Shown piece by piece: positions 38,087-48,692 of a DNA stretch of 64,000 nt. Numbering within the stretch: position 1 is the first letter of the stretch; each line of letters begins with the position of its first letter. The notes beneath the pieces were generated by a model. It saw only the letters and a list, made by a program, of their open reading frames with translations, was not told the DNA's origin and did no database searches. The stretch is from Fervidicoccaceae archaeon (GTDB taxonomy: Archaea > Thermoproteota > Thermoprotei_A > Sulfolobales > Fervidicoccaceae), in NCBI GenBank assembly GCA_038734945.1, contig JAVYOA010000009.1:310001-374000 (forward strand), written 5' to 3'. The translations under genes and the position numbers were made by a program.

Positions 38087-39404
38087 CTTTATTCCCCCTA
38101 TTCATCCACAGTGCATGTATCGCCTTTGAAAGGATTGCAGAAGTAGAAACTACTGGAATAACTGAGGAAACACTCTCAATGATTTCAACGCTTCCAGCCC
38201 CAGCGAACATTCCAATTGTTGGAAGGGAAAAGTCTTTCGCCCTCTTCTTGATTGCTTCTGAAATCTTTTCTGGCTTTTCGGATGCTGTTGGAACATAGAT
38301 GAGCACAGAGAGGTTAAACTCTTCAGGCAACCTGTTATTGCTCAGAACTTCAAGGATATCATCTATGTAGGCATCTCCTCCTAGGTCCAAAGGATTGCCT
38401 TGCTTGACCTTCCCTCCGTACTTCTGTGGAAGTATTTCAATGGAAGGAATTTTCACCTTTATTCCAAGCTCATCCATCAGGGAAACTGAGATCACCCCAA
38501 CCCCTCCAGAATTGGTAATTATAATTGGCTTGGGTTCGTCAGCAATCCTGATTCTCCGCATTACCTCACAAACTTCCACAACTTCATCCAAATCACTTGC
38601 TAAATATCCCCCTGCCTGTCTTACAGCTGCCTTGAATAGAGAGTAGTCGGTTGCAATTCCTCCAGTATGTGACCTAGCTGCTTTTTCACTTGCTTCCCCT
38701 CTTCCACCCTTCAGAACGCAAAGCGGTTTTCCTCTTTTTCTCAAAGTGCTAGCAACATCAATGAATTTTCTACCATTTTTCAACCATTCTATGTATGCTA
38801 TAACGGCTTCAGTATTATCATCATCAATAGCGTATTCAAGAGCATCTTCTACGCTAATATCAGCGGAATTTCCAAGACTGAAGAAGAATGATACACCTGA
38901 AGAGAGTAAAGAAAGACGAGAAAGTACAACACCCCCCACGGCGCCGCTTTGCGCTACAATCCCAACTTTTCCTGTACTAGGAGGAACCTCGATGCTTGCG
39001 TGCAGCTTATACTTGCTGAGCGTTATTCCAGCAGAGTTTGGTCCTATAATTCTCATCCTTTCTCTAAATTCTTCTTTCAGATTCTCACTAATTTCGGCGT
39101 TCGATGTTATTACTACCGCCAGTTTAGCTCCGATCTCAGCGGATTCTTCTAGGACTTTTCCAACATCCTTTTCCGGAATAGCAATCACAACAATATCTGG
39201 AATAGAGGGAAGGTCAAGAAGAGATGGAAAAGCCCTATATCCATGAATGGAACTGTATTTAGGATTTACAAGAAAAATATCTCCATTAAACCCCCAATCA
39301 ACTATATTCCTCAGTATTATGTTTCCTATTTTCCCTTCTATCGGCGTGGCACCAACTATAGCTACAGAGTTTACTTTTTTCACAGCATCGCGGAGCAGCA
39401 GCAT
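38067..39404 (-). CDS. acdA: Acyl-CoA synthetase (ADP-forming) alpha subunit
   Basis: GPNS, AQSGA, SLGN, SHTG, TNSGG, NPLDL; start inferred at ATG 39404. Confidence 0.85.
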   Translation of the reverse strand: MLLLRDAVKKVNSVAIVGATPIEGKIGNIILRNIVDWGFNGDIFLVNPKYSSIHGYRAFPSLLDLPSIPDIVVIAIPEKDVGKVLEESAEIGAKLAVVITSNAEISENLKEEFRERMRIIGPNSAGITLSKYKLHASIEVPPSTGKVGIVAQSGAVGGVVLSRLSLLSSGVSFFFSLGNSADISVEDALEYAIDDDNTEAVIAYIEWLKNGRKFIDVASTLRKRGKPLCVLKGGRGEASEKAARSHTGGIATDYSLFKAAVRQAGGYLASDLDEVVEVCEVMRRIRIADEPKPIIITNSGGVGVISVSLMDELGIKVKIPSIEILPQKYGGKVKQGNPLDLGGDAYIDDILEVLSNNRLPEEFNLSVLIYVPTASEKPEKISEAIKKRAKDFSLPTIGMFAGAGSVEIIESVSSVIPVVSTSAILSKAIHALWMNRGNKDGDESS

Positions 39405-39689
39405 CTGAACAATCAACCTCATTGAAAAGCAAATAAACAATTTAACATTAATTATGCTTAATTATTAACATTACTCAAATACACTTAGTGCTCCTCAATT
39501 ACGTACTTCGATATTTACGGCAAATCTCAAAAAATTTTAGGAAAAACAATCCTCAATTTGAAGATCTTCCCCATGTTTCATAAAATGGTAAACATGAAGT
39601 CCGACTATCAAAAATATTTAGAAATAATAAGTTTTTAAAGGAAAATTTATCTTTTTCCTATTTATATATAGTTCTTGAGGTACTTTCAC

Positions 39690-40715
39690 ATGTACAGAAG
39701 AAAAGTTCAGATGGTTGGTGGTTCCACATATGTGGTTAGCATACCGAAGCAATGGGCTGAAGAGATGGGAATAGAGGAGGGGAGCGATGTAGGAATAGAA
39801 AAACTGGCAGATGGCTCCCTGAAAATTTTTCCTGTCTCTGGGAAGAGACCTGAACCTCCAGCTCCAAAGCTCTATTTTTCATGTATTGAGAGCGACGAAG
39901 TAATGTCTAGAGCTATACTGGCACACTATCTCGGAGGAGCTAAAGAGATTAAGATAATAGCGAAAGATGTGGAGTGCAAGGAAAGAATACTCAAGGTAAT
40001 CTCATTTCTAAAGAGCAAAGTTCTAGGTCTCGAGGTTATCGAGGAAACTTCCAGTGAGGTAACCTTGGGGGTCATTCTTGATTTTAAATTTTCAAATTTA
40101 TCATCAGCTCAACAGAAAATGCTCAAAACTATCTGCTCCATGGTTGATGATATAGTAAGGGCTGTTTCAGAAAGCAATCCGGGAATATTGAGCGATATCT
40201 ATAAGAGAGACGATCTTTTAGATAGGCTCTACTTATATTCGATTAGATACATAACAGCCATAGCTTCTTCTTCTGAGACAGAGGATAGAATAATGCCACA
40301 CCTCCTTCCTCACTACGCTCTCATAATGAAATCCCTCGAGCGAATTGGAGATCATGTTTCGGCAATAGCAAAGAATCTTGTAGAGTCCCTCAATAGAAAT
40401 GAAATAGAAAAGCATCATTTAGAGCAGCTCATTTCATTTTTAACCCAGACAAAGGCGCTTCTAGATCAAATTTCACTGCTCGCCCAGAAATTTGATTATT
40501 CATTGTTAGTAAAAGCAACCGAGCTGGCAATCTCTCTCCTGAGAAAGGAAGCTGAGCTAAGAAGAAGCATTGATAAGCCAATGATTTACTACAGCTATAT
40601 TGTTGAGAGTTGCAGAAGGATAGCTGCTTACTCCATAGACGTTCTCGAAAGCATTCTAGATGTAGCAGCACTTATCCGTAAGGATCTAGGTTCGATTCAG
40701 AATGAAGTAAAATGA
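39690..40715 (+). CDS. AbrB-PhoU phosphate uptake regulator family
   Basis: RKVQMVGGSTYVVSIPKQW (AbrB), DDLLDRLY, LERIGDH. Confidence 0.88.
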   Translation: MYRRKVQMVGGSTYVVSIPKQWAEEMGIEEGSDVGIEKLADGSLKIFPVSGKRPEPPAPKLYFSCIESDEVMSRAILAHYLGGAKEIKIIAKDVECKERILKVISFLKSKVLGLEVIEETSSEVTLGVILDFKFSNLSSAQQKMLKTICSMVDDIVRAVSESNPGILSDIYKRDDLLDRLYLYSIRYITAIASSSETEDRIMPHLLPHYALIMKSLERIGDHVSAIAKNLVESLNRNEIEKHHLEQLISFLTQTKALLDQISLLAQKFDYSLLVKATELAISLLRKEAELRRSIDKPMIYYSYIVESCRRIAAYSIDVLESILDVAALIRKDLGSIQNEVK

Positions 40716-40751
40716 AATAATGGGAGGGAAAGTTCTTTACAAGCAACGAAG

Positions 40752-41777
40752 GTGCTAACAACTATGAGCAGGAGAGAGGAAAAAATTCCATCTCTAATAT
40801 TAGGTTTTGGCAATGTTGGTAGGGAGCTCATACTCCGCGATGAACTCTGGAATCTAACCGATGTGAGAGGTGTTGTTGTAAGTAAGGGGGGAATTAGGAT
40901 AAGAGGAAAAGACGATGCAAAATTGCTCATAGATGCTGTTCGTACAGCAAGAAAACTAAATGAACTTCCTAACTTCTCTACCGACATTTCATATCAGAGC
41001 TTTATAGACGAACTTTATCCACGTGGTGTGGCCTTTATTGCTATCCCTCCATCCTATAAGACAGGAGAGCCGAACATTTCCATTGTTTTAGATCTGCTTA
41101 AACAGGGAATTTCAGTCATAACAGCAGATAAAACACCATTAGCCCTTGCCTATTCGGAGATAATGGAGACATCGATAAAAAAAGGAGCATACATAGGATT
41201 CAGAGCCACCGTAGCGGCAGGGATTCCTCTAACAGATTTGGCTAGAGGAGTTTTTGGAAGAGATATTGAGACAATGCTTGCAATTCTCAATGCAAGCACA
41301 AACTTCATCTTGACTCAAGTAGAAGAAGGTCTCAGCTGGAGTGAAGCAATATCGAAAGCGGAGGCTGAAAAACTGCTCGAGCCAGACCCAAAAATTGACA
41401 TAGAGGGGTGGGATCCAGCAGCAAAGCTCGTTATACTCTCAAACATCCTTGGACAAAACATAAAATTTGAAGATGTAGAAAGGATTCCTCTTTTCAGCAT
41501 TTCAGAGAGCGATGTAAGAAAAGCTCTGCTGAGAAAAATGAGATATAAATATATTGCCTCTCTCTCCTTTAAAGAAAAGGAGGCCAAGATTCAGCCTGTT
41601 TTGCTCTCACAGGAAAATCCTCTGTCCAGAGTTTCGGGTAACTACAATGCTATGATGCTAAAGCTCGAGGAAAAGGAGTACATATATGCAGAGGGGCCAG
41701 CAGGTCCTGCCTGGAGAACTGCTAGAGTTATGATCACCGATTTATTTGAGCTTCTTCGCTATTCATCATCTCATTGA
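40752..41777 (+). CDS. hom: Homoserine dehydrogenase
   Basis: GFGNVG, ITADK, ATVAAGIP, LNASTN, EPDP..DIEGWD.AAK. Confidence 0.85.
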   Translation: MLTTMSRREEKIPSLILGFGNVGRELILRDELWNLTDVRGVVVSKGGIRIRGKDDAKLLIDAVRTARKLNELPNFSTDISYQSFIDELYPRGVAFIAIPPSYKTGEPNISIVLDLLKQGISVITADKTPLALAYSEIMETSIKKGAYIGFRATVAAGIPLTDLARGVFGRDIETMLAILNASTNFILTQVEEGLSWSEAISKAEAEKLLEPDPKIDIEGWDPAAKLVILSNILGQNIKFEDVERIPLFSISESDVRKALLRKMRYKYIASLSFKEKEAKIQPVLLSQENPLSRVSGNYNAMMLKLEEKEYIYAEGPAGPAWRTARVMITDLFELLRYSSSH

Positions 41778-42159
41778 AAGGGATATATTGAACACTTATT
41801 TTTCCAAGTTTTTTCAATTCTGTGTGAAGGCTGGCTATGGTTTTTGAAGACCCCTTAAGCGATGCCAACAGCACACACTTTCCATAAGAGTGAATATGAG
41901 TATTGAATGTTACTATTTCACTGAACTTTTCCATTATTTTCTCAACTTCACTTCCCCTCTCCCAACTGCTTGGCCAGATTGCAATAATTATTCCTTCGCA
42001 GTTATGCTCAGACAAATAATGCATGTGGGAGTTTATGCCTTGTTGTACAGTATCTTGTATAAAGGAGGATCTAGTTACTTTGAGTACAGTGCAAATTGAA
42101 TCGAGCTTTTCAGCTAAATCTTCGCTTAGACTTATACCAAACCTTCTTTTCCTGGCCAT
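41734..42159 (-). CDS. NikR/CopG-type ribbon-helix-helix metal-responsive regulator
   Basis: RFGISL..LD, RS; C-terminal HIH...C as in NikR. Confidence 0.8.
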   Translation of the reverse strand: MARKRRFGISLSEDLAEKLDSICTVLKVTRSSFIQDTVQQGINSHMHYLSEHNCEGIIIAIWPSSWERGSEVEKIMEKFSEIVTFNTHIHSYGKCVLLASLKGSSKTIASLHTELKKLGKISVQYIPFNEMMNSEEAQINR

Positions 42160-42160
42160 T

Positions 42161-43042
42161 TCATTTCACCTTTTTCATTAAAACCAATAAAACATATATT
42201 ATCATCATAATTATCCCTGTAATGCCTGCTGGAGATAGATTCAGAGCTATTCCAGCAACAAGTCCAATAGATGCGGAGAGAAGGCTCATTCCCAAAGCCA
42301 TGCTAACTGCTTCATTGCTCCTTTCTGCGGCAATGGAGGCAATGGCTCCAGGAATCAAAATGAATATGTGTGTCAATATGAATCCTATTACCTTCATAAA
42401 TGAAGCACTAACGACGGCCAGGAGCAAGTAAAAGACGTAATCATGAAGGTAAACATTTATGCCAGAAAGCCAAGATTCACGACCAAGCAGCCCTATCAAT
42501 ATATTCTCTCTATAGCTGTAGAAAAATGCAATCAACGTGAAGGCTAGCGATGCGAGTGATATGTAGGCATCCGCTGTGGTTGAAAGGAAAGGATCCCCAA
42601 GTATTTCAGATGTGATGCTCTTTGCTACATAGAAGTGGTTTACCAGATAATAGAGGACAGTGACAGTGAGGGACGCCGTCATTCCTACAAAGATAGATGT
42701 TACCTTGTTTGGGTCAGCCCCACTGTGGATCACGTAGCCAACAGCTAGTATAAGAGCTGTGTTGATCAAAAGGCTCCAAACAAAAGAGCTTCCTCCCATT
42801 ATGAAGGATATGAGCATAGCAAAGCTTGCTGAGAAAAGAGCTGAATGCGGAATTGATCCTGCTAGAAAATACAAATTCCTTGCCGCTATTAAAGTGCTTA
42901 GCACAGCGAAGGAAATTGCTGAGGAAAGGAGAACTACTATCCACACTAAGCTTATCATGCTGGGAAAAATCAACTTAAAAATGAAAGGTATAGCAGTAGA
43001 AACTGTAATTGACAACGCTGTGAAGAGCTTTAGGCGTCTCAA
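42161..43042 (-). CDS. Zn/Mn ABC transporter permease
   Basis: HSAL, ILGD, K.IG.IL...LIPGA. Confidence 0.85.
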   Translation of the reverse strand: MRRLKLFTALSITVSTAIPFIFKLIFPSMISLVWIVVLLSSAISFAVLSTLIAARNLYFLAGSIPHSALFSASFAMLISFIMGGSSFVWSLLINTALILAVGYVIHSGADPNKVTSIFVGMTASLTVTVLYYLVNHFYVAKSITSEILGDPFLSTTADAYISLASLAFTLIAFFYSYRENILIGLLGRESWLSGINVYLHDYVFYLLLAVVSASFMKVIGFILTHIFILIPGAIASIAAERSNEAVSMALGMSLLSASIGLVAGIALNLSPAGITGIIMMIIYVLLVLMKKVK

Positions 43043-44043
43043 TGTTTTCCCCTTCTATATAGGATTATTCCCACCATAACAATCAATATAACCATAACTA
43101 TGGGAATATAATACGCAGCGATGTCTCCGCTTCCACTAACTGTAGCAGTCTCTCCTCCCGAACTAAATATCTCCTTCGTTATAAGCTGCAGAGAGTCCAA
43201 TATGCTCAAGTTTCCCGAAGTAGTGGGAACATAGATTATCTTTGCTCCATATTTCTGTGCCAAATTTACTAGAGTTGCATCGACGTTAGAATAGGGGGTC
43301 CAGGAGCCGGTGCTTTGTGAGTAGGTTGCTGCAACTATTGCATACTTTGCAGTTCCATTGGAAAGATATTCCTCAACAGCATTGATGTCCTTTGGCTGAA
43401 CACCCACGTCTTCATCAACAAGCACGAATCTAACTATTTTTATTCCAGTCCACTCCACAGCATATTGCACTTCTGGGCTGGAAGCAACAGCATAACCTGA
43501 TGCTCTGCCTTCGTACTCACTCAGCAATTGATTTATTTGCTGCCTCACTTTGTTATATTCAGCATTGAAGACAGCAGACATATTCGGATACATTTCGTCC
43601 AAGGTTTGTGTAAGATTCGCTATAAAAAGAAGGTAATTCCTTGGATCATAGACAGGCATATGAGGATTCCAAATCCCATTATTTGGATTGATTTCATACT
43701 GAATTCCATTTATTTGCGGTATAACTAGGTACTTAGCCTTTATCTCTCCGCTTTTAATCATGGAATCTATCTGATTTTCCATATATGTGTGCAGAGTGCT
43801 GATTATTAGCGATGATGACTTCAAGCTTTCTGCATCCGATGGAGATAGCTGATAATCATGAGGGTCAACGCCAGGTTTCACGAGCGATACTACCTCAATA
43901 CTACCATTCACAATTCTTTCCACATCTCCCTGGAGAATAGGAAATGTCACGACTATCTTCTCTCCTTGGCCTGAACTAGTCAAAGTTGAAGGAACTAGCA
44001 AGAATAGTGATAGCAATATAAGAAAAATCAGCCCACTCTTCAT
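43039..44043 (-). CDS. Zn/Mn ABC substrate-binding protein with C-terminal TM anchor
   Basis: GVDPHDYQLSPSD, NPH. Confidence 0.87.
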   Translation of the reverse strand: MKSGLIFLILLSLFLLVPSTLTSSGQGEKIVVTFPILQGDVERIVNGSIEVVSLVKPGVDPHDYQLSPSDAESLKSSSLIISTLHTYMENQIDSMIKSGEIKAKYLVIPQINGIQYEINPNNGIWNPHMPVYDPRNYLLFIANLTQTLDEMYPNMSAVFNAEYNKVRQQINQLLSEYEGRASGYAVASSPEVQYAVEWTGIKIVRFVLVDEDVGVQPKDINAVEEYLSNGTAKYAIVAATYSQSTGSWTPYSNVDATLVNLAQKYGAKIIYVPTTSGNLSILDSLQLITKEIFSSGGETATVSGSGDIAAYYIPIVMVILIVMVGIILYRRGKH

Positions 44044-44128
44044 GCTGACACCTCTAATGTTAATATTTCGAAAAGGTTAATAAATGTGCACTTCTTAATG
44101 TTTTTTGTGCTGGAGGTGTGCACAAAAA

Positions 44129-44920
44129 ATGAAAGCTGAGACGTCAATCTCGGTAACGGGGTTAACTATCTCCTACAATGGAGAAAGCATTATTGAGAAC
44201 ATGACATTTGGTTATAGAGGAACTGGAATTATACAAATAATAGGACCAAATGGAGCTGGAAAGAGCACATTACTAAGAGGAATTTTGGGGCTAGTCAAAC
44301 CGAAAAAGGGAAAGGTTGAAATTAATGGGATAGATATTACAGGAAAATCTGTTCTAGCTTCTAAGTATATATCATTTGTTCCTCAATTGACAATCTCTGA
44401 AAAGAACATAGTTTTCCCAATATCTGCAAGGGAGCTCCTCAGCTTTGAGCTAAAAGCATCAGGACAGAAGTTTGACAAGAAGACCGAAGAAGAAGTAATC
44501 AGAATGAGCGCCGAAATAGTTGGACTTAGCGAACGTGAGCTAGATAAAGATATAAGATCATTCAGTGGAGGACAAAAGCAAAAGGTATTTATAGCTAGAG
44601 CAATTCTTCACGATAGACCCATACTCATTCTCGATGAGCCTCTTTCCTCAATAGATCCAAGTACTAGGGAAGAGCTAGCGAAGAAAATTATAGATTTTTC
44701 CAACAAAAAGCTAATTCTAATAACAAGCCACGACCCAGCTGTGTTCATGGAAAAAACAAGCAGGCTTCTCATTCTGAATAGGAAGACATACTTCTTCGGT
44801 GAACCCAGCGAGGTAATGAGAGAAGAAGTACTTGAAAAAGTCTATGGTAAGATGTTAACAAAGCTTGGCACACATGTGCATATTTTCGATGATAGCTGCG
44901 CTCACATACAGCAGAAGTAG
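44129..44920 (+). CDS. Zn/Mn ABC ATP-binding protein
   Basis: GPNGAGKST, FVPQ, SGGQKQKVFIARA, LDEP, His/Cys tail. Confidence 0.9.
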   Translation: MKAETSISVTGLTISYNGESIIENMTFGYRGTGIIQIIGPNGAGKSTLLRGILGLVKPKKGKVEINGIDITGKSVLASKYISFVPQLTISEKNIVFPISARELLSFELKASGQKFDKKTEEEVIRMSAEIVGLSERELDKDIRSFSGGQKQKVFIARAILHDRPILILDEPLSSIDPSTREELAKKIIDFSNKKLILITSHDPAVFMEKTSRLLILNRKTYFFGEPSEVMREEVLEKVYGKMLTKLGTHVHIFDDSCAHIQQK

Positions 44921-44973
44921 TTGAAAACAAGGGTCTTATAAATCCCGTATTCTCAAAAATTAAGTGTCCAATT

Positions 44974-47718
44974 ATGCCAAAGGAAGGTGTGCCTATGATA
45001 GCTACAGCAGATGAGAGAGAATATGCCCTGAATTTCTTCAGAGAAAATGGCTTTATAAGAAAAAAATGCAAGGAATGTGGAACTTATTTTTGGACGCTCA
45101 ATCCAGAACTTGATACTTGCCAGGACGCTCCCTGCGTTGAGTACTTCTTCCACAAAATTCCTGTAAGGAGACCCCTAAGCGTAGGAGAAGCTAGAGAGAC
45201 CTTTCTAAAATTCTTTGAAAAGAAAGGACATGAAATAATACCTCCAAGACCGGTAGTTGCTAGATGGAGGGAGGATCTTTATCTCACAATTGCCAGTATT
45301 GTTGTCTTTCAGCCACATGTGACAAGCGGTATTGTGCCGCCTCCAGCAAATCCTCTAGTTATTAGTCAGCCCTGCATTAGGCTAGAGGACATAGACAACG
45401 TTGGTCTTACTATGGGGAGGCATCTTACCCTATTTGAGATGGGAGGACATCATGCATTTAACGAGAGAGAAGGAAGAAAGATTTACTGGAAAGATGAAAC
45501 AGTTGCTTATTCTTTCGAATTCTTCACCAGGGAGATAGGCATTCCCCCAGAGCTTCTTGTCTATAAGGAGTCCTGGTGGACAGGAGGTGGCAACGCTGGA
45601 CCAAGCTTCGAGGTCACGGTAGGTGGGCTGGAACCAGCTACACTTGTTTTCATGCAGTACAAAACAACAAACGGAGGATTGGAGAGGATCCCCCTGGAAA
45701 TTGTGGATACAGGTTATGGGATTGAGAGGATAGCATGGCTCACTAGAAAGACTCCAACAGCTTTTATGGCAATTTATGGAAGCTTAGTGGATGAATTCAG
45801 AAAAAAACTAAATTTAGATAAACCAAACGAGAATTTCCTGTGGGCGTCGTTTAGAAGGGCTGGCCTTCTCGACCCTTCGAACAGAATGAGCATCTCATCG
45901 TTTATAGAATCCATTGCACGTGAGAGCGGACTAAGCACAAATGATGCGAAAAAGGTCCTGGAGAACGAGGTTAAGCTATATACACTCCTAGATCATAGCA
46001 AGACAATTTCCTATATGCTTGCAGACGGCATAGTTCCATCCAATCAAGGTGAAGGGTACCTAGCGAGACTAGTTATAAGGAGAGCCCTAAAAACTCTATA
46101 TCTTATAGATCCTTCGTTGAGCATAGTCGATTTTATTGAGAAGCAAATACAGTTCTGGAGTGCGGATTACCCAAGGCTAAAGGAAAATATGCTTTATATA
46201 CTGAAAGTGGTGGAGATAGAGGAAGAGAGGTTCAAGCAGCTAATAAGGGAGAAGCTCTCAAAGTCTATTGAGATAGCGTCATCTTCACCCACATTTGAAA
46301 CATTCGAGAAAATATACAAGGAATCAGGCATTCCTCCAGATATAATTGTGTCAGAAGCTGGAAAAAGAGGAATATCTCTACCTCTTCCATTTGACTTTTA
46401 TTCTAAAATAGCCAGGAGCTCCTCTTCAACCAGTCTTGGAAAAAAGAGCGATGCTGAATCTATTCCGGAATGGGTAGCAGATCTTCCTCCTACTGAACTA
46501 TTGTTTCACAAGGATCCCTATCTAAGAAAAACTAAGGCAAGAGTGCTCAGAGTGAACGGAAGGGAAATTGTCCTGGATAAGACTATTTTCTACCCAACAG
46601 GTGGAGGACAAGCAAGCGATACAGGAAAAATAACTGCAGATGGGAGAAGCTTCAGAGTAACAGGAGCGCAAAAATTTGGGAATATTGTGGTCCACAGGCT
46701 AGAGAATACAGTATCAATAGAAGAAGGAAAGGAAGTTGAGCTTGAAATAGATTGGGAGAGAAGGTTTGCAAATATGAGGCATCATACAGCCACTCACATT
46801 CTTCTTGGTACAATGAAGAAGATTCTTGGAAGTCATGTTTGGCAGGCAGGAGCTGAGAAGACCCCAGAGAAGGGAAGGCTGGATATTACTCACTACGAAC
46901 TTCCAAGCGAGGAGACTGTAAGGCTCATAGAAAAAGAGGCTAATAGAATAATAGAAGAGAGAATGCCTGTGAATACCTATGTATTGGATAGAAATGAAGC
47001 CGAAAGAAAGTATGGATTCTCAATATATCAAGGCGGAGTTCCTCTTCAGAGAGAAATAAGGATTGTCGAGATACCTGGGTTAGATGTAGAAGCCTGCTTC
47101 GGAACTCATCTCTCCAACACATCAGAAGTAGGCGGAATAAAAATAACAAGCGTCTCAAAGCTGCAGGATGGAATAGTGAGATTCGAGTATGTAGCCGGAA
47201 CTAGGCTGGTTGACTATGCCGGAGAGCTATTGAGCACAATGGAAGATGTCGCTTCAATGTTCAACGTCAAGACGTTTCAGCTCAAAGAAAGATCAAGGGT
47301 TATCGCTAGCGAACTATCTGAATACAAGGAATTGATATCCTCATATAGAAAACTAGTGGGGAAGCTCATAGAGAAAGCACTGGATAATAACTTCAGAAGC
47401 TTTGGAGGGGCCAGACTAGTTATCTTTGAGGTCCTCGTAAGAGATTCTGAGGGATTAAGCGAAATTCTCAAAGAAATAGTTGACAAAATACCAGAAGCAG
47501 CAATAGTTCTCATAAGTGAAGGTAAGAACATCGAAATTAGCCTTGGAAAAATTGCATCCCAAGAACTAGATGCAGGAAGAATAGCAGAATTGCTTAAACA
47601 GCAATATGGAGGTAGAGGAGGAGGTAGAAGAGAACATGCATTCATCAAAGTGGATCAACCCGTCAAGGTTGATGAGATTTGGAAAGTCCTAGAGAATGGA
47701 TTGAACCCAAGAAAGTAA
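44974..47718 (+). CDS. alaS: Alanine--tRNA ligase (archaeal type)
   Basis: N-terminal CxxC, WREDLYLTIASI, DTGYGIER, HTATH and CFGTH editing motifs, GGGR; start may be 44995. Confidence 0.97.
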   Translation: MPKEGVPMIATADEREYALNFFRENGFIRKKCKECGTYFWTLNPELDTCQDAPCVEYFFHKIPVRRPLSVGEARETFLKFFEKKGHEIIPPRPVVARWREDLYLTIASIVVFQPHVTSGIVPPPANPLVISQPCIRLEDIDNVGLTMGRHLTLFEMGGHHAFNEREGRKIYWKDETVAYSFEFFTREIGIPPELLVYKESWWTGGGNAGPSFEVTVGGLEPATLVFMQYKTTNGGLERIPLEIVDTGYGIERIAWLTRKTPTAFMAIYGSLVDEFRKKLNLDKPNENFLWASFRRAGLLDPSNRMSISSFIESIARESGLSTNDAKKVLENEVKLYTLLDHSKTISYMLADGIVPSNQGEGYLARLVIRRALKTLYLIDPSLSIVDFIEKQIQFWSADYPRLKENMLYILKVVEIEEERFKQLIREKLSKSIEIASSSPTFETFEKIYKESGIPPDIIVSEAGKRGISLPLPFDFYSKIARSSSSTSLGKKSDAESIPEWVADLPPTELLFHKDPYLRKTKARVLRVNGREIVLDKTIFYPTGGGQASDTGKITADGRSFRVTGAQKFGNIVVHRLENTVSIEEGKEVELEIDWERRFANMRHHTATHILLGTMKKILGSHVWQAGAEKTPEKGRLDITHYELPSEETVRLIEKEANRIIEERMPVNTYVLDRNEAERKYGFSIYQGGVPLQREIRIVEIPGLDVEACFGTHLSNTSEVGGIKITSVSKLQDGIVRFEYVAGTRLVDYAGELLSTMEDVASMFNVKTFQLKERSRVIASELSEYKELISSYRKLVGKLIEKALDNNFRSFGGARLVIFEVLVRDSEGLSEILKEIVDKIPEAAIVLISEGKNIEISLGKIASQELDAGRIAELLKQQYGGRGGGRREHAFIKVDQPVKVDEIWKVLENGLNPRK

Positions 47719-48401
47719 TTGAAGCAGCTAGACTATACCGTCATATGCTTGATTTAGGTTTCTCCCCTCATCATTCAATTTTAGCTGTTGAGTCAAAGAA
47801 GCAGCTGAACTCTATTGAAAAGCAGCTGCTGATTAGATGCGTTGATTCCAGGGAGGAAAGCGAAAAAATACTCAAAAAAATTGTTTCTCTGGAAGAAATT
47901 CAGGGGAAAACGTTAGCCATGGACTTTTACAATGTTATAACTACAATTGCTGAAGCCCTTGAAGGTCATTTGGTTTTTAGATGCACAGATGGATTAGTAA
48001 GAGACATAGCAAGCGCGTTGGGGAGATCCAAAAAAAGTGAAGAAATTATTATTGAAGCTATAGAGGAAATAAAGAAAGTCATAGCTTATGCTAAACCAAG
48101 CAAGCTGTACTTAGTTATGGACAAACAAATTTCATTTAGCGCGGAGAGGATAAGATCTGCTAGAGAAGTTCTCTCTCAAGCTGTTGATACGGAGGGTATT
48201 TTGTCGGAATCTGCTGATTCTGAGCTCATTCGTCTATCGAGAATGGAAATTATAGCCTCTAGCAGTGATGGCCTCATAGCAAGAAATGTTTCTAAGATAT
48301 TCGATATCCCTCAACAAGTTCTTGTTCGTAGAAAAATATTTGGCAAGAACGCAATTGATATGAACGCTCTACTCTACATAGAAGAAATAAGCCATTTTTG
48401 A
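47679..48401 (+). CDS. DUF434-like protein
   Basis: MDFYNVITT, DGLVRD, ISFS, ADSEL, SSD. Confidence 0.7.
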   Translation: MESPREWIEPKKVIEAARLYRHMLDLGFSPHHSILAVESKKQLNSIEKQLLIRCVDSREESEKILKKIVSLEEIQGKTLAMDFYNVITTIAEALEGHLVFRCTDGLVRDIASALGRSKKSEEIIIEAIEEIKKVIAYAKPSKLYLVMDKQISFSAERIRSAREVLSQAVDTEGILSESADSELIRLSRMEIIASSSDGLIARNVSKIFDIPQQVLVRRKIFGKNAIDMNALLYIEEISHF

Positions 48402-48458
48402 ATCAGCAATTAACTGGATAAAAACATTAAAAAACCGAAATAGATTATTCTATAAACA

Positions 48459-48559
48459 GGGCCCGTAGCCTAGCCAGGATAGGGCGCCGGCCTTCTAAGC
48501 ACTTGCTAGAAGGGTTCGGGGAAAGCCGGTGGTCCGGGGTTCAAATCCCCGCGGGCCCG
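48459..48559 (+). tRNA. tRNA-Arg(TCT) with 26-nt canonical intron (48498-48523)
   Basis: GGGCCCG...CCGGC-CT-TCT-A [intron] A-GCCGG...TTCAAAT...CGGGCCC-G; BHB helix CTTC/GGGG with 3-nt bulges. Confidence 0.95.
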
Positions 48560-48560
48560 C

Positions 48561-48572
48561 TCTTTTCTTTTT
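48561..48572 (+). terminator. T-rich archaeal terminator after tRNA-Arg(TCT)
   Basis: TCTTTTCTTTTT immediately downstream of the tRNA. Confidence 0.5.
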
Positions 48573-48692
48573 CTCAACTTCAAACAATGAAATAAATCAG
48601 CATGAGCAAACTCAAAAAACCAGAACTTGAAAAATTATTATTGGTCTGCAAAATGAAATTTTATTGATAGATGGAGCAGCTTCTTTGAGAGC

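Noticed and set aside
39442..39473. TTAACATTA direct repeat, with its complement at 44054-44062, as a shared operator
   Set aside because: Almost pure A/T 9-mer upstream of functionally unrelated operons; chance is likely
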